NCBI GenBank assembly: GCA_965649765.1
Contig: OZ287756.1
Location: 1,178,001-1,242,000 of the forward strand
From: Bispira polyomma
Lineage: Eukaryota
Direction of reading: 5' to 3'
Length of the DNA stretch: 64,000 nt
Below, in pieces: positions 27,740 through 40,107 of the stretch. Position numbers and translations under genes: made by a program. The notes below the pieces were generated by a model. It had not been told where the DNA came from. It was given only the letters and a program-made list of their open reading frames with translations, and searched no databases. Every line of letters begins with the position of its first letter. Within the stretch, counting starts at the first letter, position 1.

Positions 27740-28494
27740 CAGCCAATAGTTTCAAGGGTCATTTGGAATAGTAGTTATAAATTGAGATTAGGTAATGTTG
27801 ATTGTGTAAATAAGGTACAGTTTAAGGAAGATTGTGTAGAGCACAAAAGTGCAGGTGTAAAGAATATTAAAGGTAGTGTAGAAAGTAGAAATGTTAATTC
27901 TGTGCTAGTGGCACAAAAACTGTGTACAAGTGTGTTAGTGAATGAAAATAGTGTAAATTCTGTGAATGGGAAGGTCGTGGCCCCAAAGGGTTTCCGTGAG
28001 CCAATTCAGAGAGAAGTGCAAAGCAAGTCCCCCCCCCCCTAGTAAAGGGGTGGGAAAAGCCAGTGTACAAAGTTGTTTACGGCGGGCTTCCCGCGAAATA
28101 TATATAGTACTAACCATGTAATGTGTAAAGATCAAGAAATTGCTAACAAAGTTGACAGGCGTGGTAGTAAACAAGTTGACACCACGGGCATACAAACAAA
28201 ACAGTGTGACACAAAGTTACAGAAAGGTGTGAAAGAACTAAAGTGTATAGAAACCCCCAGTGAGGGGGGGTATGGGGGGGTTTCCTCCTCCCTGCGTCCC
28301 TAACAATCAATTCAGGGCAAACCCCTTTGTCACACTCCAAAGGTGTTCAATCAATTGTGTGTCAGAAAACCAAACAATCAGGCCAAAGCCCCTAATGACA
28401 TTTCAATGTGTAAGGCAGTTGCCAAGGAAAACCCTTACAAAGAAAAGACAGAGTTAAAGGTCTTGGTGTCAAATCAAGTGAAAACTTTGGTTTC

Positions 28495-30020
28495 ATGTGT
28501 ATTTACAAAGCTGTGTCAAGAATTCCTGACGTCAAAAATAGGGTAAAGTTTAATTCACTAGAGCAGTGGGCGGTGACAGCTCATGAAAGAATTAGTGCAA
28601 TGGGGTGTCCCAATTACTTGGGGGCACGCATACATGTCCCTTCTGAATTGAACATGAGGGCCTGGCGCCAAGTGTTACAAGGGGATGGGGATACCCTTTT
28701 GCCTAAGTATCTGGAGTTTGGATTTCCACTTGACATAAAAACGGACAGCTTTGTTTTTAATAGTAAGGTAACCAATCATGACAGTGCATTGCAATTTCTT
28801 GAGAGTGTGGACAAGTACTTTGCCACAGAACGTCTTCACAAATCAATTGCAGGTCCCTTTAATGAAATTCCTTACAAACAATTACACTGTTCACCTGTTA
28901 TGACCAGACCTAAAGATGATAATACAAGGCGACTTATTGTTGATTTCCCCTGGCCCCATGATAAAACTTCTGTTAATAGTGTGGTCACTGAGGGTATTTA
29001 TGATGGGCAAGACTTTGTTCTCACTCTCTTGACAGTGGACACGTTAGTTGATCGAATCAATGAAATTGGTCCTACAGCTAAATTGTATAAGCTAGATCTC
29101 TCACGGGCATTCAGGAGCCTGTGCATTGATCCAAGTGATTATGAATATACAGGTTTGTGTTGGAGAGAAAAAACTTATATAGAATTGGCTGTAATGATGA
29201 GTTACAAGCACAAAACGACCGTATGTGAATGGATGACGGACAGTTTGCGTCGCATTATAAGTAGTAAGCAATACCATATTTGGAACTACATCGACGATCT
29301 GGTTGCCGTGGAAACAAATGATAAGGCAAAAGCTTCCTTTGACCAACTGTACAAATTGATTGAGTATTTATGTTTGCCCATCAATCTGAAAAAAGTTTTC
29401 CCCCCTGCAGAAGAAGTCGTCTGCATGGGTATATTGGTTAATGCCAGAAAGGGCACACTTAAAATACCGAAAGAACAACTCAATCAAATCAAAAATATTT
29501 GTAAGCATTGGAAAACAAAAAACAGCTGTAAAAGGAGAGAATTGCAATCAATTTTGGGCAAACTCCTCTATGTGCACAGATGTGTCGTTCCCGCTTGTTT
29601 GTTCCTCAACCGTATGCTTAAACTGCTGAGGGAGACGTACCCGCGTAAGCAAATTATTCTTACCAGGGAATTGAAGGCGGATCTAAATTGGTTTAATGAA
29701 TTCCTGGAAAACCTCAATGTTTTAATAACTCTAGAGTAAAGCTATGGTGTGACAATGGTGCAGTAGTAGCAGGGCTTAACTCCAGCCGTTTTCATGACCA
29801 GGGGCTAGGGGTAATGGCTAGGTCAATTTGGCTTGAGACTGCAAAACATAACATCAAATTGGACGTAGTCCATAAAGCTGGGGTTAAAAACACACAGGCT
29901 GACCATTTGTCTCGCATGCTAATACCAGGTTATAAAAACATGAAAGTGCAGGATGAGTTGGCCAAAAAGAAATGGTGGGTAGTTAGCCAGGGTGATTTTC
30001 TGTTGAATAATACAATTTAG
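28495..30020 (+). pseudogene. RT/RNase H of element 1 (internal RNase H deletion)
   Basis: LEFGFPL, SPVMTRPK, RRLIVD, KLDLSRAFR, NYIDD, LQSILGKL; resumes as CDNGAVV..NTQADHLSR. Frameshifted upstream linker at 27740-28495. Confidence 0.9.
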
Positions 30021-30032
30021 TTTCCTTTACAG

Positions 30033-30588
30033 GTTCAAGGCTCCAAAATTACATTACCAAGGCAGCCCACTATAGACTGGAATCTGCCTTCACTGTCAGG
30101 ACACAAAGACCTATACCAATTCTACTAGATTGTTCCTGACGTTTGCCATATTCCTGGGTGAGGCCCAAATAACCTCGCTCTGTTTTCTATTGCAATTCAT
30201 GGAGTATTTAGCTCAGCAGGGTTTAAAACCCCCCTCTATACAAAATTATCTCTCAGCTGTGAAATATCATTTCAATTTGTGTAGTTTCCCAGTAGCAAAT
30301 TTTTCTCACCCTCAAATAAGATTATTCTTCAAATCCTTCGCCATGTCTACCCCCTACTCTCCTAGACTAAAGGGTATAGTAACTCTTCCTATTCTCACTG
30401 CTATCATACATCAATCCTCCACATTCCTACATGCATATGTGTATAAAGCGTTGTTTCTCACTGCTTTTTTCGTTTTTTTTCCAATTGTCTAATCTAGTCC
30501 CCACTAGTATTACTCAATTTAATCCGGAGAGACACCGTATGTGTCAGGATTTTGTCTGGGGCTCACCTGGAGTGCATGTAGTACTCAG
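30033..30588 (+). pseudogene. Tyrosine recombinase of element 1, N-terminal part; C-terminus deleted
   Basis: Aligns with the YR of element 2 (RLESAF..T..Y, SIQNYLSAVK, YKALFLTAFF, LSNLVP); frameshifts; fused to repeat B1. Confidence 0.85.
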
Positions 30589-31536
30589 GAAATTGATTTA
30601 AGTTAAACTTAAACTGCTAGGGTGACCATAACTTAAGACAGTGGTCCCCCCTATTTGTGTGTGTAGAGTAGTAAATGTTTAACCACTAATACTTTAACAT
30701 TGCATGTTAGATTTAGACATTTTAATAAATGCCCAATGAATGCTACTTACTTGTGTTGTCAATATCGTGTTTGCCTATTTAATTTCCTGCCCTGCTCTGG
30801 GCCTAGCCCTGTGGACTGTTGGACAAGGGGTGACAGCACATGATGTCAGTCCAAAGTGGCTGGTACATTTGAATTATTAAGCCTACAGTGCCCCAGGGTA
30901 CCAAATATATGAATTAAGTTATATGGACATAACAATTGTGTAACACCATCAAAGACTTGCGGTTAAATTTATTTAGGTCTATGGTTTCTTATATATAGTT
31001 TCGCATAAGGAGGGGGGCGTAAGGTCACCTCCAAGTCTGCTAGCTTGAACGAAGGTGTGTAAGGTCACCCTAAACCAAAGAAGAATGAGGGTTCCATTTG
31101 GTCACCTTAACTTTAAGTTTAAGAATTACTAAAGGTGCCATGAGGTCACCTTAAATTAATTACTAAGAGTTGCGGTCAGACAACGCTGACCTTAAATTAG
31201 TTTGAATGTTGAAATAGAGGTCAGACAATGCTGACCTTAAGTTTTAGTTAGGTAGGTCTCCTGTAAGGTGACCCTACCTTGAGTTTGAGATAATTGTAGA
31301 TTTTGAGGGTATGCCACTTGAGTTTCAGAGGGCATACCATAAAGTATGTAATAAGTTCAAGCTAGACTAAGACTGTAAAAGAGTGCATTATGCACCCAGC
31401 AGTTAGGTTGACCTTATGCCCCCCGGGCAGTCATTGCTCTGCACTGTCCACATTTAGACTTTATTATGGATTAATATATTATATTTTATTATATTTACAG
31501 CTGAGACATAAAGAGCAGTCCACCAAACCCAAGACC

Positions 31537-32522
31537 CTAGGAGTAGTGCTGAAGGGCCGACCTGAAGGAGTCCGCAACCTGAGAGCCAGCCTGAGCCGAA
31601 TCAGTTATATACCTCCACACACAATCCGACGTCCAGGTGCCATGTCGTTGAATGTCCTGTATGTTGACACTATTGTTAAAGGCAAACGTGGCACCTGAAC
31701 GTCAGAAAGCATGGAAAGTAAGACTGGTCTGCCGGAAACCTACAAGCCGCAAGACATTCTTCAGGTGACGCCTTACACGGGTGTCAATCAACGCCTCCCA
31801 GGAACTGCCACGCTTATACTGAAACAGGGGCATGTTGTTACCAGGGGGAGTTAGGGCTAAGACATTCCTCAGGGCAGCTACAGGGCACAGGCTGGAAGAT
31901 GGAATGGCTGGGATAGTCAATAGTTTAATGGCATTGTTTGTCTGCATGGTCTTAGACCACTTAATTAACAAAGTAACATAACCAGGTTTAAAAATTACAT
32001 CACCTCTAGCTAAATGCTTTAAAGGAGAAAAAGTCGCCACAGAGTGGGGGCATAAATTCGACAGTCTAAGAAAACTGAAAAAACTGATCAAGTACACTGC
32101 CTTGAAGATCTGACCCATATATGTGCTATCACACTTAGCCACAAGGGCCGTGAGCAACGGGACATCAAATAAACTTCTGAGCTTAGCTTGTAGCGGTTTG
32201 CTCAAGGCCAGAGCCCTGTTAAAATAGGAGACTCTAGGGTCTGCAAAACACTCTACATTAATATTGTACAGAATACATTTAGCTTTCACTGCTGACAGGT
32301 GGTTAGCAATCTGCGAGGCCGACATAGAATTATAGTTCAGGAACTCCAGGAAACATAGCAATTTAAACACAGTCACCTGAGAAGGGAGCCAATCCATGAA
32401 AGCTCCAAAAGCAACAAACAGCCTGAACATGTTATCATAAGCCCTGGCAGTTGAGGCAGCAAACGCAAAATGCAGCCGTTTGCAAGCCCGACCCGTCAGC
32501 AGTGATTCCACTGGATGCATAC
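31537..32522 (-). pseudogene. Tyrosine recombinase of element 2 with one premature stop
   Basis: FLRLSN (R), KWSKT (K), FHAF*RSGAT (HxxR with TGA at 31702-31704); the frame continues through HGTWTSDCVWRY (catalytic Y) to TAG at 31537. Confidence 0.93.
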
Positions 32523-32556
32523 CTGGAATCACACAAATATAGACATGTAATTAGTA

Positions 32557-35500
32557 TTATATTGTGGTATCAACTTGCAGCAGGGTGGCATCTGCTCGTA
32601 ACCATTTAACTGGGCCTGCCAATTCTGCCAATAGTTGCTCATTGTTGGTGGTTTTATGCCAACGTGACAACAAATCTGCAATTTTGTTTTTTACACCCAT
32701 AATATGAATAACCCTGATTTCGATGTCAAATCTGCTGGCCCACATGTAAATATTACGGGTATAACAGGCCAAAACTGGATCCTGTGTCCGACCACTTCCC
32801 AAGACACTGACTACCGCCTGGTTGTCACACTTAAACAACACTTTTTTACCTTGCCAAACACTGGACCACAATTTGAGGGCTACAAGGATGTTAATCATCT
32901 ATAGTTCAGCAATATTATCCTGAGTCATATTCTGGGGAATATCTAGTTTATACACTTCATTCCCACAGATGCCCCCCATGCCAGTTAGACAGGCATCTAG
33001 TTCAACCTGAGCATGTACGGGTGTATGCAAGAAAAAACTCACCCTGTTATACTGTTTAACAAATTTTGTGAACCAATTAAGGTCCTGCTTAAACTCACTA
33101 GTGACATGAAAGGTTACTTTGCCATTGTTATCACGTAGTAATTGTAACATTCTGTTGAGAAATACTCTAGCATACTTGATGCATTTAGCTATATATAAGA
33201 GTGAACCTAGTAATGACTGCATGTTACATATGAGGACATTGTAGTATGTTAAGGCACTCTGCTGGAGTGATCTATTTATAGATTTGGGGAAACCCCTAGG
33301 CTTCTAGAAACCGGTTCTATTTTGTTTCTGAAGGTTATTGAAGTTGTATTCATGTGTGTATCTCATCTCTGGAATGTCCTAGCGATTGCTTACATATTCT
33401 AGAGCCTTCTCTAGCAGTTGTATATATAAGGGTTGACAGCCTTGCCACAGACCAGAGAGTAATTGAGCAGAGGTGCTATATGAATTGCTATATGAACTGC
33501 TATACATTTCTTTGTGGATATAAACTGATTACTACATATGTTTTTATGGTGAACTCATTGGAGTGAACTAGACAAAAGTTGTGAATCTACCAGAGATTGG
33601 ATTAATTGCATATTGGATATTGTTTGCATCCTGGACTGGATAGCTTAGTTGTGCAGATTCTCTGGATATATACATTTTGTGTTCGTGGACACTGAACAGA
33701 TAACAGGATACAGGCATTGTGTGGACATTGAGCGGATCTCAAGACAGATTGCTGGATACAGTGGACAAACTTGTTTTATTGTTACTTATGTCGACAGGAC
33801 TGTGGTCAGGTCAGATTGGTTTTTTGATTATTGTATTATTGTGTGAACTATTAAGGGTATCTCAGTTGACTGTAATTCTGTAATTGTTATTTTATTGGTT
33901 AAATAAATTTGTTAAGTGAAATTTTTTGTCTTTTCCTGTTACAACCTCAAAGCAACCGGTAATTGCTACCGCGCTTGCTCCCGTGACCGTAACACTGCAA
34001 TTCTTTCTTAGTACAGTGAGTTTTGTCTTGCCAGGAAACACATTTTTCTCTGATTTCACCCAATTTTTCATCAGGTATTGAGTTAGTAAATTTCTCAGTG
34101 TCAATAAGGATGCCCAGACACACTACTTGTGTGCTGGGAGCCACCAATTTTTTACTGCTAACGGTGAGACCGAGTTCTTGCAGTAACGTCTGTAACCGGT
34201 TATAGCTAGAGAAAATTTTACTGGGCAAATTAACCGCAAGAAAATCATCAATGTAAAAATTGTGGATATTATAGCCCTCTGATCTCATAATGAACCTAAC
34301 TGCGTCAGAAATTCTTTGAAAAATCGTTGATCCATTCTGGTAGCCGAAAGGTAGGCACTTATCTACATAAAAACCCTTCCATTTTAAACCAAGCAGATTA
34401 ATGTCACCGGGGTCAATAGGGACGTGCCGGAATGCCCGACTTATGTGTACCTTATAGATATGGCAGCCTCTGCCCAACTTAGTGACCTCACTGGTAATGT
34501 TATCAATGGAAGGATACGAGAGGAGAAATTCTGTATTTAAGTAAGAAGTGGGAGAAACCCCCGCATTAACAGATTGGCCATGTGGCCAACTCAAGTCAAC
34601 TATTACACGCCTATTGGCCGAGCTCGATTTATTCCGAGTCATCATTGGCGAGCAATGTAAGTTTTTGATAGGGGGGTATTAAAAGGCCCTAAAATGGCCC
34701 CAAATTGACATTCTTCATTTAGATACATTTGGACATGCTCAGGAAAACAATTAGCTGAACTGTGGTTAGCATTCTGTGACTGACTTATGTTATCGCAACA
34801 CACATCCAAAGGGAAGCCATATTTTACCAATAAGGGAAGCTGCCAGTCCCAGTACTGGTGGAGATATTTTCCCCACTTATCAGCATTCAATTGTGACTCG
34901 ACAGCCAACTGAAGTCCCTGAAAGTTATGTCTACCATCTTTCCGTAGTTTGTTGTGCATTTCGAAAACGCTAAGTTCATGGTTATTACCCACATCCCAGA
35001 TTTTGCACCCAAGTGTGGACAAAGGTGCAAAGCCATATTCAACTGCAGTTTGAGTTTTCCATTGAATGTGTGTAGCGTCTGAGCGAGCCTTAACTAACAA
35101 CTCTCGTTTGTTGCGTTTTTGCTTCAACTCAAGGGAATACTTGTCCCCACAGTCCTTCGTGACACTCACCCGAGTTACATTATTTACATTCGCTTTATCC
35201 GACGTAGAGCCAACCTTGGCTTTTTGCTTATTTACAATATTAACACTGTTTGTTTCCCCTTTTCCCTCCCCATTGCTGCCGGGTTCAACAATGGTTTGGC
35301 TGAGGGGAAGAAATCTGTTGTGTGATACAAGTTCACCCCCCACCTCTAGTGTGGGTTTATATTGGGAGACCCTTTTATTCACACCAGTATGGGGGGCCCT
35401 TCGTCTCGACTCACTACATTCATCTTTGTTCCGCGTGGCCGAGACAAAGGGGGCGACCCCATCCATCCGAGCGTTCACACCCTTAGTGCCTTCAATGCTG

Positions 35501-35814
35501 ATATTTTTACATTTTTTGATACTCTTAATTGGTTTGAACTTCAATACATTTTTGACAAATTTTGTAGTGCATTGAGGAACCTTGGTGTTACTTTCTGCGA
35601 CGTGTTTAGCAATATTGTCATTGTAAAACATTTTACTTCCTGCCGAAACCGCATTACTGTATGTACAGCAAGCCTTTGTGCCCCTATTATACATGAGCAT
35701 TCTATTTACAACAGGTTTACCAAACAAATGCTGTTCCTGAAATTTGGAATTATAAATAACTCTGTCCGAATATTTCTTACCCACTGCGTTGACGCCGTGG
35801 GCCCTTAGTTTTTT
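32557..35814 (-). pseudogene. RT/RNase H of element 2, interrupted by a solo LTR
   Basis: KYGFPL, RRVIVDLSWP, LPFG, YIDDF, LDACLTGMGG, IAEL*MINI, CDNQAVV, NKIADLLSR; frameshift near 34645. Confidence 0.92.
33222..33994 (+). mobile_element. Solo LTR (copy 2) inserted in the RT of element 2
   Basis: TGTTAC...GTAACA termini, 5-bp duplication CTGCA (33217-33221, 33995-33999), TATA-like tatatataag at 33421 and AATAAA at about 33902. Confidence 0.9.
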
Positions 35815-36082
35815 AAACCTTTTTGGTACATGTACTGTTCTTATGGTTACCCCCGCAGGTCTCACACACGTGTTTGAAAAACGTGTTTCCTGTCTTATGA
35901 CTAGTAGGGAACTTGCATGATCCATCCTGAAAGAATTTACAATTTGCATTTTGCTTGGCAAAGCCACTACCTTTACTAGTACCACGGCCACTACTGGTAT
36001 GAACCACACTATTATTTGACACGTGCCTCTGTGCATGGGCCCTTCTCAAACGGTCTAATTTTTCCACGTCGTACCACGAAAG
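35813..36082 (-). pseudogene. Gag C-terminus (Cys/His finger) of element 2
   Basis: LRRAHAQRH..CKFFQDGSC..H..HVCETCGGNH..C; homologous to the gag of element 1 and of fragment 3. Confidence 0.85.
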
Positions 36083-37351
36083 CCTTATAAACCCCCATTT
36101 TTCACTCTAGGGCCAGCAATGGACTGTCCCTCGTTGAGTCAAAGTGTCAGAAAAAGGGCGCCAAAAGTCCCAGTGGGGCCCCACTCCTCAGTTGTTAAAA
36201 GGTGTTTGCTGGAGAAGGAGCTTTTAGAACCCACCCTCCTCTCCCTTCATGTATCATAGTTTCAACATCCTTAAAACATGTGTGTATTGTATATTACGCG
36301 TATCTCAAGTATGTACTTTTGTGTATATTTTTGAGTGAAATATGGCCGAAGAATGACCAAAGAGAGAGAGACTGATGCTACTAGCAACAACAACTGGGTC
36401 GTGTGTGTCACTCCTGGAGTGTGTAGCGTCAAAAAACCTGGAACGTTCATACATAAAGCATGTGTAAAACATGAAACAAGGGTAATTGACATTGGCAGTT
36501 GTCTTACAAAGATTAAATGTCATGTGTATGTTGGTTAGCTATTTATGTTAGGTTTAAAGGTTTAAATAGTATGAAGTCTTTGAAGTAGATTTGACAGAAG
36601 AATATGTAATGGTTTTAAATGTTTTAGTTTATATATGAAACTCCTCCAGTAACAAATGTAATAGAACACTTGCAACTAATATAATTAGCTTTGCTCTTGT
36701 TTTAAATGATTTACATGCTAGTTGTATGTTATTCTCTCTCTCTTATACAAGTAGTTTTTAAAATTTTTATGTGGTAATTTTTACTGTTATTGATTGTTTT
36801 AATTTTTCTTAGTATATGGTGTTATTGATAATTAAGGTCATAGTTATGAGTATAATGGCATTGTGCTACTTATATGTTATATTATAGTTATGAATATATA
36901 TTAGATATTTAAAGTTATAGTATAAACTCTAACTGTAAATTACGGTAACCTTATGTTCTATCTTTAAGGTAACCTTAACATTAATTTAAACTGAGGTGTT
37001 TAATCTGTAACTAAGGTGGCCTTAAGTCACCTCACCTCTAGTAATTAAGTTTAACTTAAGTTTGAACTTAACATAAGTGTAATTAAAGTTTAAACTAAGG
37101 TGACCAATTTTTGAAATTGATTTAAGTTAAACTTAAACTGTTAGGGTGACCATAACTTAAGACAGTGTTCCCCCATATTTATGTGTGTGGAGTAGTAAAT
37201 GTGTAACCACTAACACTTTAACATTGCATGTTAGATTTAGACATTTTAATAAATGCCCAATGAATGCCACTTACTGGTGCTGTCAATATTGTGTTTGCCT
37301 ATTTCGTTTCCTGCCCTGCTCTGGGCCTGGCCCTGTGGACTTGGCGGGGGC

Positions 37352-37620
37352 ATTTAGTTAACAATTGAGATGATTTTGATTCTCAAAGATACCATTTAAT
37401 AATGATAGTTTAACTGACCCAGAGTATGTAAAGATGAGAAAAGATCTAAAAAATGAATTAAAATTAAAGTACACATTGTCAATAAAAATACTCTATGGGA
37501 CTATGTAAAGTGATATTACAAGTCACCATATGTGCTATGCAAGTACAAGGGCAAAGCAAAACAGAAAACATTAACAAGATTTAGTCGTAAAAATAAATGA
37601 ACTGGAACAGAATAACAATA
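37352..37620 (+). mobile_element. L1/Tx1 ORF2 linker remnant, continuing at about 39280-39620
   Basis: Degenerate FNN.SLTDPEYVK and LWDYVK; later RSKAK.ME..EK.TK, in the order expected downstream of the endonuclease at 26000-26181. Confidence 0.55.
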
Positions 37621-39260
37621 GTTACTTCGTCTTAACGTTACTTCTAGCTTACCGAATTTTAATACAATACACAACACAAAATTTATTAAAATCTTGTTTA
37701 TGTCACATTTTATGCATTAACATTACTGTATATCCTTCTTCCAATTTTACCCGATTTAGTCTCTTTTTTGTGTTTTATATATGTACATTTAAGTAATTTG
37801 CCTATTATCGTCCATTCCGTTTTGGCTGGAGTGGTTCGTACAGCATAGCGCTGTGTACCACATGTTAGGCACTGTGTATTAGGTGTTTACATTTCCTGGT
37901 AGTATTTGCTGGTATCGCTTGCAGACACAGTAAATATTTTTGTCAATTTTGTTGTTTTTCTTTCTGAGTGGGAGTGGGTCGTACAGCATATTTAGCATTG
38001 TGTACCGTATATTTGGCACTGTGTCTTGGGTTGTGTTTTATACTCCTAAATATTTTGTTCAATTCTGTACCTTCTCGATCTCTCCACAGCTTTTTATACC
38101 ATCGACCATGGCTTACTCTTTGACACCCTAAAACAGTAATTTGGTGTTGATAGTACTGTTCCTGACTGGATTAAATCATATCTTGCTCTCAGAACCCAAA
38201 AAATCAAATTGGGTGACCACTTTTCATTGTCTTTTAATCTACCTTTTGGAGTATCCCAGGGGTCAGTTCTCGGCCCTCTACTTTTTACCCTCTACACTCA
38301 TTGTCTCAGTGCAGTCATCAATAATCACAATGTTAAACATTACATGTGTGCTGATGACACTCAAATCTATCTCTCTCTTAACCCCCATAATGCCGGAAAC
38401 AACCTGGATTTACTTGCCAACTATCTCTCCTCAGTTCAGGCGTGGATGAACTACTCTAAACTGAAATTAAACCCAGATACAACTGAATTCATCCTAATTG
38501 GCAACAACAAACACAGTGAATACTTAAGATCACTTTTCCCAATCACACTGCTAGGAAATGAGATTCAACCTTCAGACCAGGTCAAGAACCTAGGTGTCAC
38601 TATCGACCCTGCTTGTTACTATCACATTCGGGACCACAAAAGAATCAGAAATTATCTGTCACTAGATAGTGCTATAACTGTGGGCAACACTCTTGTAAGT
38701 AGCCGCCTTGACTACTGTAATTCTCTTTTATATGGAACTAATAAGTCTCACATAAACAAGTTGCCGTCCATTCAAAACTATCTATATGGAGTCCTTTTTT
38801 TAGGTATATGTAATGATGTAACTCCATACCTCAAGCAACATCATTGGCTTCCAATTCATTATCGAATGCTGTTTAAAATGCACTAAACCACCTTTAAAGC
38901 TCTCAACAGGCTCACTACCTCGCTACTAAACTCTCCTTCAGAAGCCTTTAAAGGGGAAAGAGACTCAGTTTCCTCTAAAAAACCACCAATAGACTTGGAT
39001 CTAGAACCTTCTCAGTCACCGCCCCCTATGTTATGGAACAGTCTTCCAGTTGAGCTTAAACTGCTTGAAACACTTTCTGGATTTTGGAGAAAGCTTAAAA
39101 CCTATCTCTTCAGGCTCACCTATCTGCCATAGTCGTCTCTCTAGGTGCTGAAACATCCATCCTTACAACCTGGCTATGTTTTTTATTTTTCTATTGGCTG
39201 ATTGATTCTGATGTTGTGCCTTAGGAGATGCGCAATAAGAATTTACAATACAATACATTT
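37620..39260 (+). mobile_element. L2/CR1-type LINE: 5' region joined to RT C-terminus, internally deleted
   Basis: GVSQGSVLGPLLF, CADDTQIY, KLKLNPD, SRLDYCNS, HWLPI; (TACAA)n tail near 39244-39256; 37820-38030 resembles 44560-44610. Confidence 0.85.
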
Positions 39261-40107
39261 TTATACAATAATTTTTCAGTGTAAGTATTCAAAAATTAAA
39301 TTAGGAAAAAACATAATGTGATCAAGTTAAGATCAAAGGCCAAACGGATGGAAGATTAAGAAAAAATCACAAAATGCATTAGAAAATTAATAAAGAAAAC
39401 AAATTTACGTCTCAGGAAAAAGTAAATTGAGGAAGAGGTACTTTTTTTACAAAAATCTATACACAACAAAAAGTGTCCATACTTCAGAGTTGCAGAAAAC
39501 AATCCTCAATAACATTCTGTGAAGATATAAACATTGTTAATGCAAAATTTAAAAAAAGATAAACTTAACTTACCTTATATATCATGGATATTTAAAATTT
39601 TAACTAGAAGTGCCTTGAATTTGTTAAAGAAATACAAAGTTAAGTCATATGATGTACAAGTCTGTCATCAGCTTTATTTCATGAACAGTGTATATGGCAA
39701 CACCCCGGTGTTGGTGTATTCAGTTCTGGGTACCAGTCTTTTCTTTGTCACAGTCAATTGTGTTGTACTATATAAAGCTTTGTATTTCAAACTTCCCGCC
39801 CTTTCAGAAGTTGTCTACAGAAGCAGCAACTTCAAAATATTAGGCGGGGATTTTAACAAAGAGTTTTTGTGTTTACAGTTTGTTTTAACTGTTCTTAGTC
39901 TTTTTAATTAATTCACTCTTTGAAAAAATGCCACACATAAGGGAATATAGTGGCACAAAGTGCACGGGTAAACATGCCAGGCTGGTTGGCAGTAAAAATA
40001 GTGTAAGAATGTTCAGCTTGAAGAGTCCGTGGTTGAGGTATATGTGTCTAATGACAACTTGTGTGAAGCAGTCAGTTCGCCGCTCCTGATGGCTTGGCCA
40101 CGGAAAC

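Larger units (their letters stand above)
30900..36082 (-). mobile_element. Tyrosine-recombinase retrotransposon 2 (DIRS order), 5'-truncated, inverted inside element 1
   Basis: Minus-strand order: gag C-terminus, RT, RNase H, YR, 3' region with AATAAA. Boundaries approximate. Confidence 0.88.
26182..37341 (+). mobile_element. Tyrosine-recombinase retrotransposon 1 (DIRS order, split-direct-repeat PAT/Ngaro-type layout), decayed
   Basis: A1 26182-26247 matches A2 30820-30885; B1 30589-30817 matches B2 37113-37341. Gag, RT/RNase H and YR lie between A1 and B1. Confidence 0.85.

Noticed and set aside
35066-35808. Plus-strand ORFs of 169 and 148 aa (similarly 31390-31698, 18559-18972, 6051-6419)
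   Set aside because: Antisense shadows of real coding sequence.
26182-36082. Intact, active DIRS elements or an extra methyltransferase/hydrolase ORF
   Set aside because: Both pol and YR carry stops, frameshifts or deletions; no additional domain was seen.
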